In this document: piece by piece, positions 16,404 to 23,178 of the stretch
Layout: each line of letters opens with the position of its first letter
How positions within the stretch are numbered: the stretch's first letter is position 1
DNA from: Actinomycetota bacterium
Lineage (GTDB): Bacteria > Actinomycetota > Acidimicrobiia > Acidimicrobiales > Ilumatobacteraceae
Assembly: GCA_043759015.1 (NCBI GenBank)
Contig: JAYVMH010000257.1
Span: 1-41,112 of the forward strand
DNA: 41,112 bases
Direction of reading: 5' to 3'
The notes under the pieces: generated by a model
What the model was told of the DNA's origin: nothing
Databases searched by the model: none
Seen by the model: only the letters and a program-made list of their open reading frames with translations
Translations under genes and position numbers: made by a program

Positions 16404-17377
16404 GTGAACGTGAGTGCAGAACAGTCGGCGGTTCCGGCGACAGCAGGAGTGGTGATGGAGCCCGTCGGCTGCTGCCTGTGCGGGGGCCAGGATGGGGTGC
16501 CCGTCGGCGTGGGGGAGGACTTCGAGTATCGGACATCCGACCAGTCGTTCCTGGCCGTCCAGTGCCCCCGGTGCCGTCTGGTCTACCTCGACCCGCGTCC
16601 GGCCTTGTCCGAGCTCGGCCGCATCTATCCCGATAGCTACCACGCGTTCGCATTCGATGCGGCGCAGTTCGGGATCGTGCACCGCGTGAGGAGTCGACTC
16701 GAGGCTCGCCGCTTGCTCCGAGTCGGACGCGGGCTGCCCCATGACGCCTCCGCCTCGACGTCGGGTGCGGCGACGGCTTTCACCTGGACCTCCTCCGCCG
16801 TCACGGTCCGCCGGGCTGGCGGCTCCGAGGCGTCGATACCGACGACCGCGCCGTGGCTGCCGCTCGTCGCAAGGGGCTGGCGGTCGACCTCACGACGATC
16901 GAATGCGCCGAGATCGAGCCAGGGTCCGTCGACATGGCCCTGTGCATTCAGACCGTGGAGCACGTTGCCGATCCCGTCGTGCTGCTCCAGGCGATCGCCC
17001 GTGTGCTGCGTCCGGGGGGACGCCTCTACTTGATCACGGACTCGACCGACTCGCCCGACTTCGCACTGGCGAAGGGCCGCCATTGGGGCGGCTACCACTT
17101 CCCGCGGCACTGGAACCTGTTCAACAAGGGCTCGATGCGCTTGCTGGCCGAGCGAGGCGGACTTGAGATCGACGAGTTGGGCACCGCCACGAGCCCCGTG
17201 AACTGGACCTACAGCGTGCGCAACTGGTTGGACGATTGGGGCGCACCGCGTTGGATCGTCGATCGGTTCTCGTTGTCCGACGCGCCAGCGCTCGCCGTGT
17301 TCACAGTCCTCGACGGCGTGCTCACCGCTGCGGGTCGGGGCGCTCTGCTGCGCGTGGTCCTTCGGAGGCGGGTATGA
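16404..17377 (+). pseudogene. Zn-ribbon-containing class I SAM-dependent methyltransferase, interrupted by a frameshift near 16745-16750
   Basis: Frame 3 (GTG 16404 after GGGGAGG) encodes CCLCGG...CPRCRLVYLDPRP...RLEARRLLRVGRGLPHDA. Frame 2 continues directly after an in-frame TGA (16742-16744) with RLRLDVGCGDGFHLDLL...VLRPGGRLYLITD... to the stop at 17377. Restoring one C in the C-run at 16747-16748 gives ...GLPHDALRLDVGCGDG... Confidence 0.75.
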
Positions 17378-18693
17378 GTGCTGCACGTCCGCCGGTGGTG
17401 GTGATCGGCGGCGGCATCGCCGGTCTCGTCGCCGCTCACGAACTCACCAGGCACGGCGTGGACGCCGACGTCTACGAGGCGGGCTCCCGCCTGGCTGGCA
17501 TGGCCGCCAGCCACGTCGACGCGGACGGCTTCAGCTACGACGTCGGTGCACACTTCGTGACGAACAGGTTCGTGGCTGCGCTCGGCATGCCCGGTCCGTT
17601 CCACGTGTTGCCCCGCTATGGCGAGGTGGTGCACCTGAGTGCACGGCGCCACCCGCACTATCCGGTCGGGCTACTCGGCGTACCCCGCTACGTCACGAGC
17701 GCGCTGGCTGAGCGGGTGCGTCGGCCTGATCGGGATCTGCGGGTGGCGGCGGATCGGTTCCGTCACGACTACGGCGCGGCGCTCGCCGAGGAGGTCGCCC
17801 TGCCGTTGTTGGAAGCGTGGTCCGGTCTGCCGGCAGAGCAGCTCTCGGCCAGCGTGATCGACAAGATCCCGACGGGGCTGGCTCAGACGATCTGGCTGCG
17901 GGCGGCGCAGCGCCTGACCCGTCGCGCAGTCATGATTGGCTATTGCAAGGAGGAGCCGTCCGCCACGGGCGTCCACCACGTGTCACCAGCTGCAGGCGTC
18001 GGCGCCATCTGCGACCACGTCGCCAGCCAGCTGCCCCGGAGGGTCCAGGTCGACCAGCCCGCTCAAGCGGTCTATGTCGACGATGGTCGGGTCGTCGGTG
18101 CGCGGGTGAACGGGCGCGACATCGATACCGACACGGTCATCTCGACGCTGCCGGTGCATCGGCTGCCGGACCTCGTGCAGGGCAGCGATCGGCTGGAGCG
18201 TTTCGGCCGGTTCCGGTTCCGCGGTCTCGTGCTGGTGAACCTCAAGCTCCTCGGTCGTGATCTGTTGCCCGACGTCGTGGTGTGGACGCCACACGGGTTC
18301 CCGTACTTCCGGGTCACCGAGACACCGCTGTCGATGCCGTGGACCGCTCCAGAGGGCAAGACCATGATCCTGTGCGAGCTCGGTGCCCAACCCGGCGACG
18401 ACGTGTGGAACCTCTCCGATGACGACCTCGTCGATCGATGCGTGACGACGATTGGCCCCCTGGTCGGAGATATCAGTTCCCGAGTGATCGGTGCCAGAGT
18501 ACTGCGCCAGCCGCTCGGCTACCCCGTGTTCGCCCTGGACTACGAGGACGACCGTGCCGACCTCGCCGCGAACGGTACGGGTGTGGCGGGCCTGTACAGC
18601 ATCGGACGGAACGGCGAGTTCGATCACATTCTGATGGAAGACACGTTCTGGCGCGTACGGCGGTTGATCCCGCGCATCCTCAGTGACCGATAG
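17374..18693 (+). CDS. NAD(P)/FAD-dependent oxidoreductase (amine-oxidase/HemY-like fold)
   Basis: ATG 17374 overlaps the methyltransferase stop (ATGA). The protein starts MSAARPPVVVIGGGIAGLVAAHELTRHGVDADVYEAGSRLAGM (GxGxxG plus an acidic residue at the strand end). The C-terminal motif is GLYSIGRNGEFDHILMED. Confidence 0.88.
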   Translation: MSAARPPVVVIGGGIAGLVAAHELTRHGVDADVYEAGSRLAGMAASHVDADGFSYDVGAHFVTNRFVAALGMPGPFHVLPRYGEVVHLSARRHPHYPVGLLGVPRYVTSALAERVRRPDRDLRVAADRFRHDYGAALAEEVALPLLEAWSGLPAEQLSASVIDKIPTGLAQTIWLRAAQRLTRRAVMIGYCKEEPSATGVHHVSPAAGVGAICDHVASQLPRRVQVDQPAQAVYVDDGRVVGARVNGRDIDTDTVISTLPVHRLPDLVQGSDRLERFGRFRFRGLVLVNLKLLGRDLLPDVVVWTPHGFPYFRVTETPLSMPWTAPEGKTMILCELGAQPGDDVWNLSDDDLVDRCVTTIGPLVGDISSRVIGARVLRQPLGYPVFALDYEDDRADLAANGTGVAGLYSIGRNGEFDHILMEDTFWRVRRLIPRILSDR

Positions 18694-18696
18694 ACG

Positions 18697-18726
18697 TTGG
18701 TCGTGTACGACATGGTGTAGTAGAAT
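18697..18726 (+). promoter_or_regulatory. sigma-70-like promoter (TTGGTC-18 nt-TAGAAT) with an embedded BlaI/MecI-type dyad
   Basis: TTGGTC lies at 18697-18702 and TAGAAT at 18721-18726. The dyad TACGACA-TGG-TGTAGTA at 18706-18722 fills the spacer. Confidence 0.5.
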
Positions 18727-18752
18727 GAGCGACCGATGTCCTGGAGGCAGCC

Positions 18753-18884
18753 ATGCTCAAGCTGACTAGGTATGGCGTGCTTCTCGGTCTGCTCGGTGTG
18801 GCGCTCTACCTCCTCGTCGGTGCGGCGCTCGGTAGCGATGGCCGATTTCCGTCGTGGGCACGACGCGGCGCAGCTCGGAGGTAG
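18753..18884 (+). CDS. 43-aa single-TM small ORF (hypothetical)
   Basis: ATG 18753 lies 5 nt after GGAGG (18743-18747). It encodes MLKLTRYGVLLGLLGVALYLLVGAALGSDGRFPSWARRGAARR with a TAG at 18882-18884. It is below the size cut-off of the ORF track, and its 3' end overlaps the ATPase remnant. Confidence 0.35.
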   Translation: MLKLTRYGVLLGLLGVALYLLVGAALGSDGRFPSWARRGAARR

Positions 18885-19140
18885 TGGGCGAACGGTCCCG
18901 ATTGGAGTCCGCGGCGCGGGCCAGTGCGGGAGCGTTGACGCCGAGGTCGGCGCCGACCTCGGCTGCCACCTCACGGCCTTCGACGCCGCGGTTCGGCCAC
19001 GGCGCCCACGATGGTGGTGGGGGTACCGGTCTTGTCGAACAGGACGGCGTCCACGCTGCGCATCCGTTCCAGGGCCAGCCGGTCCTTCACCAGGATGCCG
19101 TCAGCACCGGGCCGCGAGCCCGGCTGCCCGAGGCCTGGGC
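18860..19140 (-). pseudogene. remnant of a heavy-metal (CopA-like) P-type ATPase with large internal deletions and frameshifts
   Basis: The minus strand encodes ...GLGQPGSRPGADGILVKDRLALERMRSVDAVLFDKTGT (phosphorylation-site DKTGT) in one frame. Within about 25 codons, in another frame, it encodes EVAAEVGADLGVNAPALARA (hinge GDGVNDAPAL-like). About 190 residues normally separate these two motifs. Confidence 0.6.
18940..18963. repeat. perfect 24-bp loop-less palindrome inside the ATPase remnant
   Basis: gccgaggtcggc|gccgacctcggc is its own reverse complement over all 24 nt. Confidence 0.9.
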
Positions 19141-19200
19141 TAGATTTCGCGTCACCGCTGTCTTCGGCCCGTACCCGATCACTGGCCGGTCGGAACGGGG

Positions 19201-20073
19201 TCAGTGCGGGCAGAGGGCGGCGGCGAGACGCTCGAGGTGGTGGAGCTGGAACGCCGCGAACCCGGTGGCGATCAGGAGCGACATCCACAATGCCGCGGTG
19301 AGCGTGCGGTGCGTGGGCGTCGGCGCTGGCCCGATGAGGGCCTCGACCCGGCCGATCACACCCAACCCGGTGAACCCGGCCGCGACGACAGGCGTGTGAC
19401 CGAACAGCGCGACCTTGCCGAGCGTGTCGGCGACCAGGCGGCGATCGCCGCAGGCTCGTACGGCGCTCTCGTCGGCCCACCGCTCCAGCGAGTAGCGGAC
19501 GCGGCGGGTGAGCCATCGGAGCGGGGGCAGGATGGCGCCGGCGAGCTCGGCAACGAGCAGGTAGCGGTCGTGGCGGTGGCGGGCGTGGGCGCGCTCGTGC
19601 GCCAGCACGACGTCGGTCTCGCGCTCATCGAGGAGGTCGACGAGACCCTGGGAGATGATGATGCGGCCGCCCCGTCCAGGCCTCGTGATGGCGAACGGGC
19701 GCTCGTCGGTGCTCACTTCGACTGGGCCGGGAAGGTCGGCGCGAAGCTGATGGTGCTCACCGAGAAGTCCCCTGGCCCGCCAGGAGCCGTGAGCCAACAG
19801 GACGATGGCGGGAACACCTACCCAGGCGGGCACAGTGCCGTGGAGCCCGAACGCCTGGGCACACCAGCGGAGCCCGAAGCCGAGCAGGGGCAAGTGGGCG
19901 AGGAAGCCGAGCGCCACGAGCCCGAGCGTGGGGAGGGCGGCCACACCGATCAGCACGAGGCTCGCGGTCACGTACCGGGCGGCGACGGGTGGGGGCAGGC
20001 GCCGGTGTGCCGTCGAGCTGGCGACGGTGATGGCGACGGCCACCGCCAACGGGTACAGCAGCGCGGCGCCCAT
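19201..20073 (-). CDS. M56-family (BlaR1-like) membrane zinc metalloprotease without a penicillin-binding sensor domain
   Basis: 290 aa with 4 N-terminal TM segments and the HExxH motif VVLAHERAHARHRHD. A C-terminal TM is followed by the tail FQLHHLERLAAALCPH. The ATG shares one base with the BlaI-like stop (TGATG). Confidence 0.88.
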   Translation of the reverse strand: MGAALLYPLAVAVAITVASSTAHRRLPPPVAARYVTASLVLIGVAALPTLGLVALGFLAHLPLLGFGLRWCAQAFGLHGTVPAWVGVPAIVLLAHGSWRARGLLGEHHQLRADLPGPVEVSTDERPFAITRPGRGGRIIISQGLVDLLDERETDVVLAHERAHARHRHDRYLLVAELAGAILPPLRWLTRRVRYSLERWADESAVRACGDRRLVADTLGKVALFGHTPVVAAGFTGLGVIGRVEALIGPAPTPTHRTLTAALWMSLLIATGFAAFQLHHLERLAAALCPH

Positions 20074-20432
20074 CAGGTGCCGTCGCTGTCGAGGAGGCGT
20101 CGGAGCAGGCGGGCGTCGCGCTTGGAGAGCCCGTCGACGAACCGCACGAGGACCTTGCTGCGATCGCTGGCATCGGCGAGGACGGCGTCGATCCGCTGGG
20201 CGGCCAGCTCGGACTCGTCGAGCACGGCACGGTAGGCGAACGCCCGACCGACGGGCTCGCGCTCCACCAGGCCCTTGCCGTGGAGACGGGTGAGGATGGT
20301 GGCGACCGTGGTGTAGGCCAAGGGCTGCGGTAGCCGATCGTTGACCTCGGCGGGCTGGAACGGTCGATCGGCACGCCACAGCACCTCGAGGATGTCGTGC
20401 TCCAAAGCACCATCTGGTCGACGGGTCATCAC
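20073..20432 (-). CDS. BlaI/MecI/CopY-family winged-helix transcriptional repressor
   Basis: 119 aa: LEHDILEVLWRADRPFQPAEVNDRLPQPLAYTTVATILTRLHGKGLVEREPVGRAFAYRAV. This is the Penicillinase_R-type pattern. There is no C-terminal CxC metal motif. Confidence 0.92.
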   Translation of the reverse strand: MMTRRPDGALEHDILEVLWRADRPFQPAEVNDRLPQPLAYTTVATILTRLHGKGLVEREPVGRAFAYRAVLDESELAAQRIDAVLADASDRSKVLVRFVDGLSKRDARLLRRLLDSDGT

Positions 20433-20484
20433 TCTCGTACCTGTTGTGAGCCCGCTGCGGGGCCGCCGCGCAACACCACTATAC

Positions 20485-20501
20485 TGCTACATCGTGTAGT
20501 T
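20485..20501. promoter_or_regulatory. BlaI/MecI-type operator dyad in the blaI-like/copCD divergent region
   Basis: TGCTACA-TCG-TGTAGTT has a perfectly palindromic CTACA-N3-TGTAG core. It is directly preceded by TATACT (20480-20485). Confidence 0.55.
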
Positions 20502-20541
20502 GGCCGTTCGAGCGGAACGGCGTCGCTCTGACCCCGCCATC

Positions 20542-21945
20542 ATGCTCGCGCCCCCCGCCCACCGTCTCCTTCGTTGCCTCATCGCGCTGCTCCTCGTCTC
20601 GGTCGGGACGCTCGTGGCCCCTCGGGCCGCGTCGGCCCACAACACGTTCGTGTCGAGCGAGCCGTCCGATGGTGCCAGCTTGTCGAGCGCACCAGCGCAG
20701 ATCTCCATGATCTTCGGATCGGCTGTGCCGCTCGACACCGCCACGGTGCAGGCGATCGACGCCACCGGGGCACGGACCGAAGCGGCGGCCTTGGCTCACG
20801 GGCCGGCGGGGGAGACCGAGGTGGTCGCCCAGCTCTCCTCCGCCCTGGCGGCCGGAGACGTCACCGTGCGGTGGCGACTTGTCGGTCCCGACGGCCATCC
20901 GCTCACCGGGCGCATCGCCTTCACCGTCGCCGCGCCCATTGCGTCCACCGCGAGGGTGACGGTCGGCGCGGCGACGACCTCCACACCGACCACCAGTGGT
21001 GCACCTCCGCCCGCGGTCACCTCGCCCGGCGACGGTGGTGGCGCCGCCGGCGAGTCCTCCGTACCGTCCCTGGTCCGGTGGCTGCTGCGGTACGTCTCGT
21101 ACCTGGCCATCATGACGCTGGTGGGCATCGTGCTCACCGGCGCGCTGATCTGGCCGGGCATCGCCGAGCTCCCCATGCTCCGACGCGTGCAAACCCGTGC
21201 CCTCGCCACCGTCGCCGGGACGGCCGTTCTCCAGCTCATCGTGCTCGCATCCGACATCTCCGGCGATGCCCCGTGGGCATCCCTCGACGCACTCGACCGC
21301 GCCGGCCAGACCCCGGCCGGCACCGCGCTGCTACTGCGCGCCCTCGTGCTCGTGCCCTGCGCCGCGGTCCTGCTCCACCGCCGCGAACCCGGCCCACCCG
21401 ACATCCGCTGGAGCCTGCTGGGGCTCACCGGCATGGGCCTCCTGGCCACCTGGTCGTTCGCCGGCCACTCCGCCTCCCAACGCTGGCCGCAGCTGGGCGT
21501 CCCGCTCGACGTCGTCCATCACGCGGCCGCTGCGCTGTGGATCGGCGCCCTCGCCATCGTCGGCTTCGGCGCACTCCGCCGCCTACCCCACGACGACCTC
21601 GCCACCGTCGTGCCCGCCCTTGGGCGCCGTGCTGCCACCGCAGTCACCGCCATCGTGCTCACCGGTATCGTGCAATCGGTCCGCCTCGTCGGCTACCCGA
21701 CCGACGTACTCCGCGGAGCGCACGGTCGGCTGCTCGTGGGCAAAGTCGTCGGGCTCGCCGCGATGCTCGTCATCGCCAACGCCAACCGCCGACGCGTCGC
21801 CCTCACCTTCGGCCGTTCGGGTCGCGATCGCCCCGTCACGATCGAACACCTCCGGCGGGCGATGGTCGTCGAGTTCGGGTTGGGCCTCGTGGTGATCGCC
21901 CTCACCGCCGCCATGGTCGTGTCGCCGCCAGCGACGTCGCTGTAG
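20542..21945 (+). CDS. copper-resistance CopC-CopD fusion protein
   Basis: The signal peptide is MLAPPAHRLLRCLIALLLVSVGTLVAPRAASA. The CopC domain starts HNTFVSSEPSDGASL...VTVRWRLVGPDGHPLTGRIAFTV, followed by a Pro/Thr/Gly linker and about 8 TM segments of CopD type. The TTG 20500 start in the track would begin inside the operator. Confidence 0.88.
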   Translation: MLAPPAHRLLRCLIALLLVSVGTLVAPRAASAHNTFVSSEPSDGASLSSAPAQISMIFGSAVPLDTATVQAIDATGARTEAAALAHGPAGETEVVAQLSSALAAGDVTVRWRLVGPDGHPLTGRIAFTVAAPIASTARVTVGAATTSTPTTSGAPPPAVTSPGDGGGAAGESSVPSLVRWLLRYVSYLAIMTLVGIVLTGALIWPGIAELPMLRRVQTRALATVAGTAVLQLIVLASDISGDAPWASLDALDRAGQTPAGTALLLRALVLVPCAAVLLHRREPGPPDIRWSLLGLTGMGLLATWSFAGHSASQRWPQLGVPLDVVHHAAAALWIGALAIVGFGALRRLPHDDLATVVPALGRRAATAVTAIVLTGIVQSVRLVGYPTDVLRGAHGRLLVGKVVGLAAMLVIANANRRRVALTFGRSGRDRPVTIEHLRRAMVVEFGLGLVVIALTAAMVVSPPATSL

Positions 21946-21979
21946 GAGTCCTGCGCGACCCCACGCCATGAGCAGCGGC

Positions 21980-21996
21980 TACTACACTGTGTAGAA
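21980..21996. promoter_or_regulatory. BlaI/MecI-type operator dyad upstream of the DUF305 gene
   Basis: TACTACA-CTG-TGTAGAA has a perfect CTACA-N3-TGTAG core. It overlaps a TAGAAA hexamer and ends 23 nt upstream of ATG 22020. Confidence 0.5.
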
Positions 21997-22019
21997 AGCC
22001 CTCGGAACGGAGCATCACC

Positions 22020-22631
22020 ATGCGACAGATGCGCGCATCACTGATCATTGCCAGCCTGGGCCTGGCGCTCGGCGCCTGCGGGAGCAGCGGCGGATCCTCG
22101 GCCGGCTCATCGTCGGTCACCACCACCGTTGTCGCGTCCACGGCGTCGACGATGACCGACCCTGCCGTCGACGACGCCGATGTCGAGTTCGCGCAAGGCA
22201 TGATCGCCCACCACGAGCAGGCGATCGAGATGTCCGAGCTGGCCCTCGATCCGAAGGCGGCCGCAGGCACGGCAGTGAAGAACCTCGCCACCCGAATCAA
22301 GGCGGCCCAGGACCCCGAGATCCAGCAGATGACGGCGTGGCTCAAGGCCCACAACAAGACGGTCGAGATGGCGATGGACGACAGCCACAACATGGCGTCG
22401 ATGCCCGGCATGATGAGCGCGGGCGACATGGACGGTCTTGCCACCAAGACTGGCGGCGGCTTCGACGCAGCCTGGCTGACCATGATGATCGCTCACCACA
22501 CCGGCGCCATCGAGATGTCAACCACCGTCAAGGCCAAGGGCGCCGACGGCGAGCTTCGTGCCCTCGCCGAGAACATCATCACTGCCCAGCAGGCCGAGAT
22601 CGCCCAGATGAAGGGCATCATCGCCGGATAG
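22020..22631 (+). CDS. DUF305-domain lipoprotein
   Basis: The lipobox signal is MRQMRASLIIASLGLALGAC. The DUF305 signature appears twice: DVEFAQGMIAHHEQAIEMS and FDAAWLTMMIAHHTGAIEMS. Confidence 0.9.
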   Translation: MRQMRASLIIASLGLALGACGSSGGSSAGSSSVTTTVVASTASTMTDPAVDDADVEFAQGMIAHHEQAIEMSELALDPKAAAGTAVKNLATRIKAAQDPEIQQMTAWLKAHNKTVEMAMDDSHNMASMPGMMSAGDMDGLATKTGGGFDAAWLTMMIAHHTGAIEMSTTVKAKGADGELRALAENIITAQQAEIAQMKGIIAG

Positions 22632-22639
22632 ATGCTGCT

Positions 22640-22676
22640 GGCGTCAGGCCGAGAACCGCTGGTTCGGCCCGACGCC
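22640..22676. terminator. long imperfect hairpin between convergent genes
   Basis: ggcgtcaggccgagaacc-gct-ggttcggcccgacgcc forms about 15 bp with a 2-nt bulge and one mismatch. It lies between the DUF305 stop (22631) and the SHOCT-gene stop (22703). Confidence 0.5.
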
Positions 22677-22702
22677 GGCGTTTGCAGCCATGGCGGGGCG
22701 CC

Positions 22703-22996
22703 TCAACCGGATCGACCTTGACGCAGTGCCTCGAGCCGCTGCCGGTAGTCCTCGAGGTCGATATCGCCACGGGCGAGCCGCTCGGCGAGCACGTCCTGTG
22801 GGTTCGGAGGCGGAGGCGTTGCTACCGGCGTGGGTGTGGTGGCGCCGGCGTGGGACGGGGCCACCTGAGCGGTACGACGTATGAGGCTGATGCCCACCCA
22901 GATCACGCCGCCCCAGAACAGGACCATGAAGGCGGCCATGGCGATCCACCCCCACGAGCCTCCGCCCCATCCATCGTGCATGTATCCGTTGTGCAT
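22703..22996 (-). CDS. SHOCT-domain membrane protein
   Basis: 97 aa with a His/Met/Trp/Gly-rich N-terminus (MHNGYMHDGWGGGSWGW), one TM and a Pro-rich linker. The C-terminal SHOCT-like helix pair is QDVLAERLARGDIDLEDYRQRLEAL. GGAGG sits 7 nt upstream of the ATG. Confidence 0.8.
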   Translation of the reverse strand: MHNGYMHDGWGGGSWGWIAMAAFMVLFWGGVIWVGISLIRRTAQVAPSHAGATTPTPVATPPPPNPQDVLAERLARGDIDLEDYRQRLEALRQGRSG

Positions 22997-23081
22997 GGTG
23001 CACCTCCGTGTTGCCTTGTAGAACCCACGGTACAGGCGCGCGTTCCCGATGGACCGGTGGGCGGCGCGAACTCCGGATCGG

Positions 23082-23102
23082 CTTCACCGAGTCTTCACAC
23101 CG
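23082..23102. promoter_or_regulatory. 11-bp-phased direct repeat (candidate OmpR-family response-regulator site)
   Basis: CTTCACcgagtCTTCACaccg has hexamers at 23082 and 23093. On the other strand it reads TGAAGActcggTGAAGc. It lies in the SHOCT/MCO divergent region, about 80-95 nt upstream of the MCO ATG. Confidence 0.4.
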
Positions 23103-23178
23103 TCTCCACACCCGGTCGCCATGGTGGTGGCTGACGGACGCCGGTCATGGCGCGCCGGCGGTCATGGTTGGAGGAACG

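Noticed and set aside
20500-20541. The TTG 20500 start for copCD given by the ORF track.
   Set aside because: It would start translation immediately after, and overlapping, the operator dyad, and it adds a non-signal-like Arg-rich extension. ATG 20542 gives a canonical signal peptide.
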